The position numbers were made by a program, and so were the translations under genes. Positions 17,275 through 26,608 of a stretch of DNA of 64,000 nucleotides are shown one piece after another. The notes under the pieces are model-generated. The model was not told where the DNA came from. It did no database searches and worked only from the letters and a program-made list of their open reading frames with translations. The stretch is from a virus (lineage: Duplodnaviria > Caudoviricetes), in IMG/VR virus record IMGVR_UViG_2791354774_000003. The stretch is one strand, 5' to 3'. Numbering within the stretch: the stretch's first letter is position 1; each line of letters starts with the position of its first letter.

Positions 17275-17574
17275 TCAGTTCGCGGTCTTGGCGCGAGCGG
17301 TGCGCGCCGTCTGCCACGCAGCTTTGAGCGCCACCGACATGGCCTCGCCCCAGCTATCGCCGAAACGATCCTGATGCGCCTTCGCGGCGAGAACGGCTGC
17401 CTTCATGATTGCGGCGCGGTCGAACTGACCGTTCACGACCAGCGGACGGCGCTGGAACTTGACAAAAACCTCAACCCGACCGCGAGCGCCGAGGAAGCCG
17501 GCGGGTACCTGTTGGCGGTCGGCGCGGAGGCCGGTGAGAGCGGAGGACCAAGAGAGTTGGCGGCGGGAAGACAT
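17275..17574 (-). CDS. Hypothetical protein, first gene of the TIGR/Tas operon
   Basis: ORF just downstream of the TTGACA promoter; N-terminus resembles the 49367 ORF. Confidence 0.65.
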   Translation of the reverse strand: MSSRRQLSWSSALTGLRADRQQVPAGFLGARGRVEVFVKFQRRPLVVNGQFDRAAIMKAAVLAAKAHQDRFGDSWGEAMSVALKAAWQTARTARAKTAN

Positions 17575-17592
17575 GGACGTTGGCCCCATTTC

Positions 17593-17659
17593 TGTGCTAC
17601 CAGCACAATATGAGGCGCCGTAAAGGTGCTGTCAACACAAAAATGGTGCCATTAGCACA
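17593..17659. promoter_or_regulatory. Divergent promoter region with three 15-bp operators
   Basis: TGTGCTACCAGCACA (17593), GGTGCTGTCAACACA (17625), GGTGCCATTAGCACA (17645); minus-strand TTGACA-N17-CATATT at 17635-17607. Confidence 0.75.
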
Positions 17660-17925
17660 TGACTGAGACCGATGGGCGAACGGTGGTTCTCACCGTTGAG
17701 CAAATCCGGATGGCTAAGGCCGCCCTCGGCTGGTCAAATCCTATGATGGCTGAGATGACCGGCCTCCATCGAAACACCCTCAACCGAGCCGAGAACGGAG
17801 AGGCGAAGAGATCAACCCTTGAGCTTTTACGACGGGTGTTCGAGCAAGCCGGTCTAGAATTCATTCCCGCTAATGGCGGCGGCCCTGGCGTGAGGCTTCG
17901 GGAGAACGCCGAGAGCGCGAACTGA
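17659..17925 (+). CDS. XRE-family HTH repressor
   Basis: LTVEQIRMAKAALGWS...TLNRAENG...FEQAGLEFI..NGGGPGVRL. Confidence 0.9.
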   Translation: MTETDGRTVVLTVEQIRMAKAALGWSNPMMAEMTGLHRNTLNRAENGEAKRSTLELLRRVFEQAGLEFIPANGGGPGVRLRENAESAN

Positions 17926-17926
17926 C

Positions 17927-18163
17927 GTGCCGCGCAACGTCGAGCCGTTTTCCTTCTGGCGCTGGCTTGTCCGCAGCCTGTGGCTTTTCGTCATTCGCAG
18001 CGGTGCGGTCTTTGGCGCCCTGAGTACCTATCTCACCGTGTTCGGCGTCGAAGACGCCTACACCGACGTGATCAAGGACTACCGCTGGGAACTCGCGATT
18101 GGGCTCGTCCTCGCCCTTATCGTGAACCTGATGTACGATTGGGAGTGGAGCAAGGAGCCGTAG
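17927..18163 (+). CDS. Small two-TM membrane protein (moron)
   Basis: Two hydrophobic segments; coupled to the repressor gene. Confidence 0.55.
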   Translation: MPRNVEPFSFWRWLVRSLWLFVIRSGAVFGALSTYLTVFGVEDAYTDVIKDYRWELAIGLVLALIVNLMYDWEWSKEP

Positions 18164-18736
18164 ATGCCGACGCCCGTCCTTGTCGCCTTGGCGGTTTTAA
18201 TCGCCTACCCGTTGATCCAGATCGTTGCGATCCGCCTACGCCGCGCTGATCGCTTGGCTTTTCGCGCCCTGATTGACGAGATGAAGGCCGACCCTGCCTA
18301 TCAGGGGAAGCCAGAACAGGACGCGCTCAACCAGATCGACGACGACGCCTATGGCTCGCCGGTTGTTGCGCTCACGCCGATCATCCTTCCAATCATGGTG
18401 ATCGCCGACATTCTGGCTCCTCGGCTCGAAGAGGATGCGATCCCGAGCCCCGATAGGCCCCGCTCTATCGTCTACGCATTTGGGACGCTACGCCACGTGC
18501 CTGCATCGTCCCCCCTTTGGGATGATGACAGACTGCCCGTCGCACTTAGGCTGTCGGTCAAGCTCTGCTTTGAAACGTGGCCCGTTTCCACGTTCCTCGC
18601 AGCCGTTCTAGCTGCGCCGTTCGCAGCCCTTGAAGCCATCCTTCGTTGGGTTCGCACGAACACACTAGAGCACCTGAGCGCGTACAAGGTCGGGCTGCGA
18701 CTGTGGCACGTCTTCGGCGCGTTTGGGGCGCGCTAA
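18164..18736 (+). CDS. Membrane protein (moron)
   Basis: Several hydrophobic segments; ATG abuts the upstream stop. Confidence 0.6.
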   Translation: MPTPVLVALAVLIAYPLIQIVAIRLRRADRLAFRALIDEMKADPAYQGKPEQDALNQIDDDAYGSPVVALTPIILPIMVIADILAPRLEEDAIPSPDRPRSIVYAFGTLRHVPASSPLWDDDRLPVALRLSVKLCFETWPVSTFLAAVLAAPFAALEAILRWVRTNTLEHLSAYKVGLRLWHVFGAFGAR

Positions 18737-18745
18737 TCAGCCAGC

Positions 18746-19273
18746 CTACGGTGTCATCACGCCGGCCGTGACGCCTGCCATAACCGTGCCCGCGAGCAAG
18801 CTTCCCCAGGCTGTCCACACCGCCATGCGCGTCAGCTTCGCGCTCCGGTGGAGGACGGCCTGATTGCGGCCTATGCACCGGGAGCTGTCGGCCAGAGCCT
18901 CTGCCTTTGAAGTGGCGAGCGGCTTGGCATCCTTTACGTCGTCAACCCACCCCTCGGGATCATTGCCGACGTAGGAAAAGGCATCCGGCATCGCCGCCCG
19001 GTTTGCGAGGAACATAGCCCCTAACAGGCCAGCGACAGTGAGTAGGCCAGCCCATGCGAATGGAGCAGCAGGTGCATTCGTGGCCAGCGCCGCGATGCTG
19101 GCGCTGCCGATCACGGCCGAGGCGGCGGCCAAAAAGCCGAAGAAGGTCATTGCCCGCTGATTGCCCGCCAAGGCCACCGTCAACTGCGCGCTAAGATAAG
19201 CGTCGGCATCTCGCTTGATTAACTCCAGCGTGTCATCGTCCGCACGCGAAAGGCTCTCGGCGATGTCAGACAT
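18746..19273 (-). CDS. Three-TM membrane protein, Pycsar-effector-like topology
   Basis: Helix, two TMs, soluble linker, C-terminal TM. Confidence 0.5.
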   Translation of the reverse strand: MSDIAESLSRADDDTLELIKRDADAYLSAQLTVALAGNQRAMTFFGFLAAASAVIGSASIAALATNAPAAPFAWAGLLTVAGLLGAMFLANRAAMPDAFSYVGNDPEGWVDDVKDAKPLATSKAEALADSSRCIGRNQAVLHRSAKLTRMAVWTAWGSLLAGTVMAGVTAGVMTP

Positions 19274-19429
19274 GCAGCACCACGATTATCACATGCAGCC
19301 GAAGGACCGGCCAACCGGCACAAAAGGGCCTGACGGGAGCACGCGCAAGCCTCACATCATCACGGGCGACACAAAGCCAGCACCGAGGCCGTCGCCGAAA
19401 CCATCTGGCGGCGGCAAGAAATGAAGGGC

Positions 19430-19726
19430 TCAAACGTGCCGCGGCTTGAGCAGCCCTCGTATGGTGTCCTCAGCCCCGCCAATCGGTTTAAGCGGCTTCT
19501 CAAGGGCCAGGGCCGCGCGGGCGATTTCCACCGCCTCCGCTGCCCCATCTCGGATCTGAGCCAGGGCGGCTCCGAACTCTTCCAGGGTCTGGGCCGCTTG
19601 GCCCGTCACCGTCTCCTCAGGTGGGATGCCTTCAAGGTCGGAGGCGATGTCCTCAGCATCCGCACGTAGATCCTCAACCATCTCGTCGAGGGTCATGCGC
19701 GGCAAGGATGGAGGCTTCAGAAGCAT
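19430..19726 (-). CDS. Hypothetical acidic helical protein
   Basis: ORF with plausible composition. Confidence 0.45.
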   Translation of the reverse strand: MLLKPPSLPRMTLDEMVEDLRADAEDIASDLEGIPPEETVTGQAAQTLEEFGAALAQIRDGAAEAVEIARAALALEKPLKPIGGAEDTIRGLLKPRHV

Positions 19727-19788
19727 ACCAGAACGCTAGGCGGAACGGGCGGACTCGACAAGGCGGTTGCCGCAGCTAGGTTCAGCCG

Positions 19789-20853
19789 ATGCGCTACGTT
19801 CTCACCCTCACTGCATTGATCGCCCTTATTGCGTCGCCGGCCTCGCCGCAGTCGCAACAGGATAAAGGCGCGCTGAAACGGTTTGCTGTCAGCGAGATAT
19901 ACCATGGCCCCCCTGTATTTCCTGATTTTAGAGGAAGAGACCGGGGATTTAATTTATACAGAACGCGTATTCGCGCAGGTATTTCAAGTGGGCCAAACTT
20001 CTCTGGAACCTATTCCCTCATCTCATTTGGGTGTGGCACCGGATGCACGCAGGTATACATCGCCGACAATCGCAATGGATATGTTGGCAACGTGCCTATC
20101 GGCGGCGAGGAGACTCCATATCTTCAGATGTTCTACAACATAAATAGCTCTGCCATAATAGCGTACTGGCAGTACGGAGGGCGGTGCGTCAGGAAGGTAC
20201 TCGCACTCGTAGATCGAAACTTTAATGAGTACCAGCAGTCCGAAATAGGGCCTGAAGAAGCCTGCTACAACATAGGTGACGCAAGCAATCTACAATCTGT
20301 CCAACGCGCCTTGGGCGGCAAAGAAGAACCTAGCAACCTCCCCGACATTGCGCCAGCGACCCCCGCGAGCGCGCATTCAGACAGGGAGGCAAATTTGAAC
20401 CAACAGGCAGGATTTATTGCCGCTGTTAAGCATGCTCGAACCGAATATGCTCAAGGCCAAAATGACATGGCCAAGGGCGCTGCACGCCCCATGAGGGCTA
20501 AGAACGTTTGTGCGGCACTCAAGGGATATTCAGTCTCAGGCTGGATAGGTAAGATATCCAAGTTATCGTCTAATAGCGAGGGCAAGGGCGTCCTGCATAT
20601 CGAGATTTCACCCCAAATAACACTCAAAACATGGAACAACGCCCTATCAGATATATCCGACGGAACGCTGATAGAGGCGGGGTCGAAGGTTTTTCGACAG
20701 GCATCAGCGTTGCGAGAGGGTGCTGATATACAATTCTCCGGATCATTTATTCCTTCGTCAATAGACTGTGTGAAGGAAGGAAGTCTAACCCTATCGGGGT
20801 CGATAGAGAGACCGGAATACCTTTTCCGGTTCTCTGATGTAAGCCCTATTTAA
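19789..20853 (+). CDS. Secreted/periplasmic two-domain protein (lysogenic-conversion moron)
   Basis: Signal peptide MRYVLTLTALIALIASPASP; GPNFSG...FGCGTGC motif; AT-richer; opposite strand to the late genes. Confidence 0.75.
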   Translation: MRYVLTLTALIALIASPASPQSQQDKGALKRFAVSEIYHGPPVFPDFRGRDRGFNLYRTRIRAGISSGPNFSGTYSLISFGCGTGCTQVYIADNRNGYVGNVPIGGEETPYLQMFYNINSSAIIAYWQYGGRCVRKVLALVDRNFNEYQQSEIGPEEACYNIGDASNLQSVQRALGGKEEPSNLPDIAPATPASAHSDREANLNQQAGFIAAVKHARTEYAQGQNDMAKGAARPMRAKNVCAALKGYSVSGWIGKISKLSSNSEGKGVLHIEISPQITLKTWNNALSDISDGTLIEAGSKVFRQASALREGADIQFSGSFIPSSIDCVKEGSLTLSGSIERPEYLFRFSDVSPI

Positions 20854-22770
20854 CTAGCGAATTGCCGTTTGTGCGTTCCGCAGGCTGAGTTCGTTTCCAC
20901 GGCCGAGCGTCTGTTTCAAGCGCTCGGCCGTTGTCGCCGGATCGCCCGCCCCATTGATGTTGACATCGGTCTTATGTTCGATCTTGACCGACCGATTGTC
21001 GACTGAGGAGCTGTTGCTGATCGACCCCATCGGCGGCGCCGCCCCGAAGCGATCGTTGAAGCTCTGGGAGGTGATGCCGCCCGCGGGCACCTTCAGCGGC
21101 GGGATGGGAGTTGAAGGCTTTGACGGGACCGGTGACCTAGCACTTCCGTCCTTATCGTAGGCGCTGAGGATCTTGTCGGCAGGAACGCCGATTAGGCCCT
21201 CCCACTCATTCCGGAGCCCTTGCACGCTGCGCCCGCGCCGCTTGATCAGGCTGTCCATGAACTTCTCTTGAAGTTCGGGCGTCATCTTCTCATCCAGAGC
21301 ATTGTGCTCGCGGGCCAACCCGGCAAGCGTCCTGCCGACAAATTGACCACGCCCCACCGGGAAAGCAGGGGTGCCGAATTTTGCCTTTTGCTGCCGCTGC
21401 CATTCCAAGGACTCACGGACGGTCATCTCTGTGACCTTCTTTTCGGGCCAGCCATACTTTCCGTTGCCGTAGACCGAGTTGTAGGAGTGCGACCCCGACT
21501 CTCTGCTTTGAATGAGGGACTTGAGGGCTGAGAACCGGCCCGGCGCGGCCTCCCCGCCACCATCTGTAGGTGCGGAATTACCGAGGCCGAGCATCTTCTT
21601 GCCGCCCTCCCACATCCTGCGAAGCAGGCCGGGCTTCCCCTGGTCCGCCTTCTGCTGCTCTGTGGGGCCGTAGATCAGCCGCCGTAAGCCGGGGTCGAGG
21701 TTGTCGATGAAGCCTTCAAGAGTGGCCCCGTGCTCAGAGGGCTTCAAAATGCCGTTCGCATTAGCACCCTTGGCGAGGCCGAGCGTCGCAAGCAATCCAA
21801 CCCAACCCGTGCTCACCGCTCCGAACGCCCCGAGGATCTTCACCAGCCACGTCCCAACGAGGAACGCAGCGAACGCGGTCATGGCGGCTTCCAGCCCCTC
21901 CTTGCCGGTCAGGCTCTCGGCAATGGACTGGAACCCCTGTGCGACCGGCGTGAGCGCCGTGGCGATGTCCCGGAATGTGGTCACCAAGGCGATCGCCGCA
22001 GCGATGATGGCCTCGATCGCCTTCGTGATCGCTTCTGGGTTCTTCTCGATCCAAGACCGAACGTCCTCCAGGAACTTCGTGAGCACCGGAGACAGGTCGG
22101 TCAGGATCTTCTCAGCGACTGCCTGCGCTGCGGCTTGGAGCCCGCGCAGCGCGGTCATGAACTTGTTCGACGAGGCGGCAGCCGCATCGTTGTTCAAGCC
22201 AACCGTGCGCGCCGTCCGCTCATACTCGGCGCGAAACTCTTTGATCTCCTTACCGTAGCGCGAGACGGTGTTGAACGTCTGCTCGTCGATCCCGAGCAGG
22301 GCGGCCATCTGCGCCCCGACGTAGTAGGGGTGCTTCTTCTGGATCGCCTCAACAGCGTCCGACAACACGTCTACGGTATCGCGAGCCTTGCCGCCGGCTT
22401 CAGTCGCAACACCCAGATCCCGGACGAACTGGCGGATGCCGGGGTTCGTCCGCATGGATCGCGAGAACGACTCAATTGCCGAGACCGCACCGGCACCCGA
22501 GCCGCCGACCTGCCCGAAGGCATACGCCAAGCCTTTAATATTTTGGACCGTCGCGCCGGTCCGCTGGCTCACGAAATAGAGCGTATCGAACTGTTCAGCG
22601 ATCTTGGCGACCGCTGCGCCTGCGGCCAGAGCCGCCGCGCCGAGAGCGGCAGCAAGCAGCCCGGCCTGCCGCGTGACACTGGCGATCGTCTCCGTGACGC
22701 GTCGCTCGCCCTCGCGATCAACCTTCCAGCCGAGCGAGACTACGAAGGATTTGAGTACGTCGTCAGCCAT
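20854..22770 (-). CDS. Tape measure protein with C-terminal lysozyme-like domain
   Basis: LKSFVVSLGWKVD N-terminus; Ala-rich helices; RESGSHSYNSVYG...VGRGQF...TPELQE. Confidence 0.85.
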   Translation of the reverse strand: MADDVLKSFVVSLGWKVDREGERRVTETIASVTRQAGLLAAALGAAALAAGAAVAKIAEQFDTLYFVSQRTGATVQNIKGLAYAFGQVGGSGAGAVSAIESFSRSMRTNPGIRQFVRDLGVATEAGGKARDTVDVLSDAVEAIQKKHPYYVGAQMAALLGIDEQTFNTVSRYGKEIKEFRAEYERTARTVGLNNDAAAASSNKFMTALRGLQAAAQAVAEKILTDLSPVLTKFLEDVRSWIEKNPEAITKAIEAIIAAAIALVTTFRDIATALTPVAQGFQSIAESLTGKEGLEAAMTAFAAFLVGTWLVKILGAFGAVSTGWVGLLATLGLAKGANANGILKPSEHGATLEGFIDNLDPGLRRLIYGPTEQQKADQGKPGLLRRMWEGGKKMLGLGNSAPTDGGGEAAPGRFSALKSLIQSRESGSHSYNSVYGNGKYGWPEKKVTEMTVRESLEWQRQQKAKFGTPAFPVGRGQFVGRTLAGLAREHNALDEKMTPELQEKFMDSLIKRRGRSVQGLRNEWEGLIGVPADKILSAYDKDGSARSPVPSKPSTPIPPLKVPAGGITSQSFNDRFGAAPPMGSISNSSSVDNRSVKIEHKTDVNINGAGDPATTAERLKQTLGRGNELSLRNAQTAIR

Positions 22771-22936
22771 TCGGACGCTGGGCCTCTTGGATGCGACGTC
22801 TATTTTCCCCCTCGTAGGCCATCGCCTCGTTAATCTCTACGAGGTGTTCGATCTGAAGCGTGCCGTCGAGAAGGTCCGGGTAGCGGTAATAACCGAGCGG
22901 GATCGGCGCCAAGTAGAACTCTTCGCCCTCTGGCAT
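22763..22936 (-). CDS. Tail assembly chaperone, downstream (gpT-like) segment
   Basis: Manual translation MPEGEEFYLAPIPLGYYRYPDLLDGTLQIEHLVEINEAMAYEGENRRRIQEAQRPNG; lies in the -1 frame of the upstream chaperone. Confidence 0.75.
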   Translation of the reverse strand: MPEGEEFYLAPIPLGYYRYPDLLDGTLQIEHLVEINEAMAYEGENRRRIQEAQRPNG

Positions 22937-22953
22937 CTGGGCAAGATCAACGT

Positions 22954-23352
22954 CTAGAGAGAGGCCCCGCCGTTCGATTGAAGGGCGAGGCCCTTTTGAA
23001 AAAGCACGGCGTAGTTGTCGCGGAGCACGTTGGCTGCGATCTGGAGGAGCGCCATCAGGTCGATGTCGTCGAACATGTTGCGCCCGCCGTCGAGCTTCAC
23101 CTTGGCCCAGCCGGCTTCGCCCTGCTTGCGCTCGACCACCTCAAGGCAGCGGTCGAGGATGTAGTCGGAAGCATCATCCGACAGGCTGCCGATCGCCTGC
23201 GCGAGAGGGACCAGCGTGCCGTTCAGATCGCCCGTAGCGACCGACTGGAGCGGCGCCAGGATCGGAGCCATGCGACGCATTACGTGGAACTGCGTCCGCG
23301 CGTTCATCTTCTTCGAGCGGTAGGTGTGCCCGTCAACCTCGAACTCGTTCAT
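22954..23352 (-). CDS. Tail assembly chaperone (gpG-like)
   Basis: EFEVDGHTYRSKKMNARTQFHVMRR; between tube and tape measure genes. Confidence 0.85.
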   Translation of the reverse strand: MNEFEVDGHTYRSKKMNARTQFHVMRRMAPILAPLQSVATGDLNGTLVPLAQAIGSLSDDASDYILDRCLEVVERKQGEAGWAKVKLDGGRNMFDDIDLMALLQIAANVLRDNYAVLFQKGLALQSNGGASL

Positions 23353-23359
23353 CGCCGCC

Positions 23360-23815
23360 TCACGCGCCCGTGACGATCATGCCGAGCCCGAGCTGACTGC
23401 TCACGTCGGCCGAGTTAAAGCTCCATTCCATCATGCCGCCGTCCTTGCCGTTGGCGTTGTCGGGACGCTTCACGAAAGCGCACTGGCGGCAGGAGTGGTC
23501 GTCGCCCCAAGCCGGGTTGGAGAGCGTGATGACGTTCTGCCCGGTGTAGGCGCTCGACGTGGACTGGAAGTTCATCATCGACATCAGCGCAGCGTTGGCC
23601 GGGCTGGTCTTCAGCAGGCGCACCCGCACACGTCCAGCGTTCGAGGCGTGGAGCGAGTGCATCGCGCCGCGGCCCGCACCAGTCGTCATCGACGTCTTGT
23701 CGTCGATCATCTCAATGGTGATGCCCTCATCGGCCACCGACTCATCGGAGAGATTGATCGTGCCGCCGGGGCCAGTGATCGTGGCCACGACGTCTTGGAA
23801 GGAATAGGTGGGCAT
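23360..23815 (-). CDS. Tail tube protein (DUF3277-like)
   Basis: TYSFQDVVATITGP...RLLKTSPANAAL. Confidence 0.85.
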   Translation of the reverse strand: MPTYSFQDVVATITGPGGTINLSDESVADEGITIEMIDDKTSMTTGAGRGAMHSLHASNAGRVRVRLLKTSPANAALMSMMNFQSTSSAYTGQNVITLSNPAWGDDHSCRQCAFVKRPDNANGKDGGMMEWSFNSADVSSQLGLGMIVTGA

Positions 23816-23828
23816 CGCTGGGCCTCGA

Positions 23829-25325
23829 TTAGCGGTTGGCGACGACGCTGATGATGACCGCGTGCACAGCGCCCGCGAGCTTCACGGCGACCTGAAATGG
23901 TACGGTCTTGCGAGCAGCGCGGTCGGCCTCCGACTGCGTGGCAATCGGCGGAGCGTAGACGAAAAACCCGTTCTCAAGCACATCGCCCGTGTTGAGCGAG
24001 CCGATCTTCGGGCCGGTCCAGACGCCGGGAGCGAGCATCCCATTGCTGACCGCCTGATAACACCGGCTCTTGATGACAGCTTTCACCATCTCCATGCCGG
24101 CGTCTGTTTGCGGAACTTTCGTCGGGTTCGTGTAGAGCAGGTTGTAGACGGCCGTCTGCATCGTGTTCTGGAGCCAGTCGAGGTTGTGGACCTCGTCGAA
24201 GTAGTAGCCGTTCGCCATCACGCCGTTCTGAAGGATGGCGGTGTCGTTGTTGTAGTTGACGAACACGTTGCCGTTCTTGGCCTTCAGGGTAGCCGCTTGG
24301 CTTTCGGCGATCGTCTCAGCGATGACGCCCGGCTCTTTTTTGAACATGAGCGTGATCGTCGTGTCCGCGCCGTCGAAATCGACGGTGGCGGCGCGGCCGA
24401 AGAACGAAGCGTGCGCGAAGGGATTGGTCGCGGAGTACTGCCAGAACGTCCGCTTAAACCCAGAGTCCTTCAACTGACTGCCGAGGTCCGCGCTCGTGGT
24501 TGGATCAAGCACGTTCGCGTTCTGAATGGTGATGCCGAACAGATGGCTCTGACCAAGCCCCTCAACTACGGCGGCAGTGGCGAGATAGGTCGCGTCATCG
24601 GGCGGCGTGTTGACCGCGAGCAGGTAGGTGTAGTCGCGACTATCGAGGTCCGCGAACAGGCTGATGCAGGCCGGCAGCGTCTCGGGCTCGACGCCGATTA
24701 CGGGCGCAGAGGCGTCGGCCGCAGTCAGGTGCAGCAGGCCGGAAACGTCGGTGCCGGTCGTGTGGCTCGTGGCGTAGGACACCGACGAGGCCGCGCCGGT
24801 CGTGCCGGACTGAACGGTGAAGCGCCCAAGAACGCTGTCCCACTTCACGGTGGCTCCGGTCGAGACGGCAGCGAGAGCGTCCTGCACGATCTGAGCGACG
24901 CCGTTGAGGTTGAGCGCGCCGGAGAAGTTCAGGGCGGTCAGCGTGCGCTCAACGCCATCGACGCTGACCTTCATCGAGCCGTTGGTGACGGCGGTGAAGT
25001 TGGAAAGCGCCCGCTGCGTCGGGCTGAGCGTGGCACCGCGCAGGAGGCCAGCCGTCGCCGTCTGAGCCCATCGACCGACATAGACGATCTCGGGCTGCGG
25101 CTCCTGGCTGAAGTACAGCGTCGCGGCCTTAGCCTCGGGGCTATCGACGCCGAAGTCGGTCGCGATGGCTTCCGCCGAGGTGTAGAGGCGCTTGCGCTCT
25201 GTGACGTCGATGACGTTCGACGAGCCGACGATGATGCCGGTGCCGAAATTCCGCTCCTGAGCCGCGATCGGCTGGAGGGTAACGGAAACGCGAACGACGC
25301 CGGAGACGTCCAATCCCTTGGCCAT
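23829..25325 (-). CDS. Tail sheath protein (DUF3383-like)
   Basis: TLMFKKEPGV, YFDEVHNLDWL, KVPQTDAG, KLAGAVH motifs. Confidence 0.92.
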   Translation of the reverse strand: MAKGLDVSGVVRVSVTLQPIAAQERNFGTGIIVGSSNVIDVTERKRLYTSAEAIATDFGVDSPEAKAATLYFSQEPQPEIVYVGRWAQTATAGLLRGATLSPTQRALSNFTAVTNGSMKVSVDGVERTLTALNFSGALNLNGVAQIVQDALAAVSTGATVKWDSVLGRFTVQSGTTGAASSVSYATSHTTGTDVSGLLHLTAADASAPVIGVEPETLPACISLFADLDSRDYTYLLAVNTPPDDATYLATAAVVEGLGQSHLFGITIQNANVLDPTTSADLGSQLKDSGFKRTFWQYSATNPFAHASFFGRAATVDFDGADTTITLMFKKEPGVIAETIAESQAATLKAKNGNVFVNYNNDTAILQNGVMANGYYFDEVHNLDWLQNTMQTAVYNLLYTNPTKVPQTDAGMEMVKAVIKSRCYQAVSNGMLAPGVWTGPKIGSLNTGDVLENGFFVYAPPIATQSEADRAARKTVPFQVAVKLAGAVHAVIISVVANR

Positions 25326-25327
25326 GT

Positions 25328-25966
25328 TCAGACTTTCGGCGTCTTGAGTGGTTGCTGGTTAGTGACGGCGCCGTCCTGGCTCCCGCCCCTCCCGATGAGG
25401 GTGCCGTCGAGTTCGAGCACGTTTCGGACAGCGTAGGTGCGCTCGACACGGCGGCGGAGACGGAAGCCGATGTCCGTGCGACGGCGCGGGCTGGTGTTGA
25501 TGATCTCGGGGACGTGCCGACCGGCCCCGACGTCGATCAATCCCATGCCAACCCGAAACAGCGCTTCCCTGTTCTGGGCGACGTAGAGGCCAGACCGGAG
25601 CAGTTCCGCGAGAGCCGAGCTGCGCAGGCCATAGAAACTCGCCAGCACATCAAGCGTCAGATGTTGGACCTGTGTGGAAGTCCCCTCACCTGTCCCGTCG
25701 TGGATCATGGCGGGTTGCCCATCAGCCTCCATCGACATGACGCCGACAGCCGCCCAGTTGTCCCTTTGGTTCGGGTTGCGAGGCGTGGCCCTCTCGTCAT
25801 CGCCCAGCGTCACATATCGAGGGCGGACATTCTCGCCCTTGAGACCTGTTAGGCCCACCACCAGCGACTGCATGAAGAGGTCAAGGTCGAGGTCATCATC
25901 TGGGGCCGACGTCAGCGGACCGAGGAAGCCGCCGCTCGCGCTCGTGTTAGGTGAGGTAGCCGGCAT
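25328..25966 (-). CDS. Neck/tail terminator protein
   Basis: PNTSASGGFL N-terminus; VVGLTGL..ENVRPR; gene position. Confidence 0.75.
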   Translation of the reverse strand: MPATSPNTSASGGFLGPLTSAPDDDLDLDLFMQSLVVGLTGLKGENVRPRYVTLGDDERATPRNPNQRDNWAAVGVMSMEADGQPAMIHDGTGEGTSTQVQHLTLDVLASFYGLRSSALAELLRSGLYVAQNREALFRVGMGLIDVGAGRHVPEIINTSPRRRTDIGFRLRRRVERTYAVRNVLELDGTLIGRGGSQDGAVTNQQPLKTPKV

Positions 25967-26363
25967 CGGGCGCGGTCGTCCCTGGCGGAGTCGGGTTCAG
26001 ATCGGTCAGGGCTGCGACGACCTGCGTGTAGCCCGAGGCGTAAAGCCAAGGCTTCGTGGCGATCACGCGGTAAACGGCGCCGTTCCAGATCACGACGTCG
26101 GCGTCGTAATTGGCGTCGCCCGCCGTCAGGGCAGTGCGGGTGTAGATTGTGATGTCGCCCTGGACCTGATTGCCCTCAGGGGTCTGGATCAGTTCCTGAC
26201 CACCATCAGGGATCACCACGCCAGCGAACGGAATTGGCCCGCCCACACCTCGCGCCGTGCCATCCTGCTGCTGCGCGACCACGCGGCGAACCAGCACGAG
26301 GGTGGTGTCGAGAAAGTCGGGATCGTCGAGAACGTCGGTGACGTCGAGGAGTGCGTGCCCCAT
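25947..26363 (-). CDS. Head-tail adaptor / head closure protein
   Basis: LLDVTDVLDDPDF, ADVVIWNG motifs. Confidence 0.75.
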   Translation of the reverse strand: MGHALLDVTDVLDDPDFLDTTLVLVRRVVAQQQDGTARGVGGPIPFAGVVIPDGGQELIQTPEGNQVQGDITIYTRTALTAGDANYDADVVIWNGAVYRVIATKPWLYASGYTQVVAALTDLNPTPPGTTAPDAGYLT

Positions 26364-26608
26364 TAGGGTCCGACCGCTTTGAAGCCTACCTCAATACGGA
26401 GACAAGCCCCGCTCATTGCATCCGACGTGATACCAATATCGGAAATAACAAGCGCCTGCCCCGTGCCGCCGTCTACCTTCATGCAGAGAGAAGCACGGCT
26501 GCGCTGCAATAAGTGAAGCGCCTCCGACACCTTCATCATCTGTGCAACGGCATCCTCAGCACACTCTGCGAACTCGGGTCGCGAGATGTCGATAGACAGC
26601 GTGTTCAT
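26363..26608 (-). CDS. Small hypothetical protein inserted in the neck module
   Basis: Overlapping start and stop codons with both neighbours. Confidence 0.55.
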   Translation of the reverse strand: MNTLSIDISRPEFAECAEDAVAQMMKVSEALHLLQRSRASLCMKVDGGTGQALVISDIGITSDAMSGACLRIEVGFKAVGP

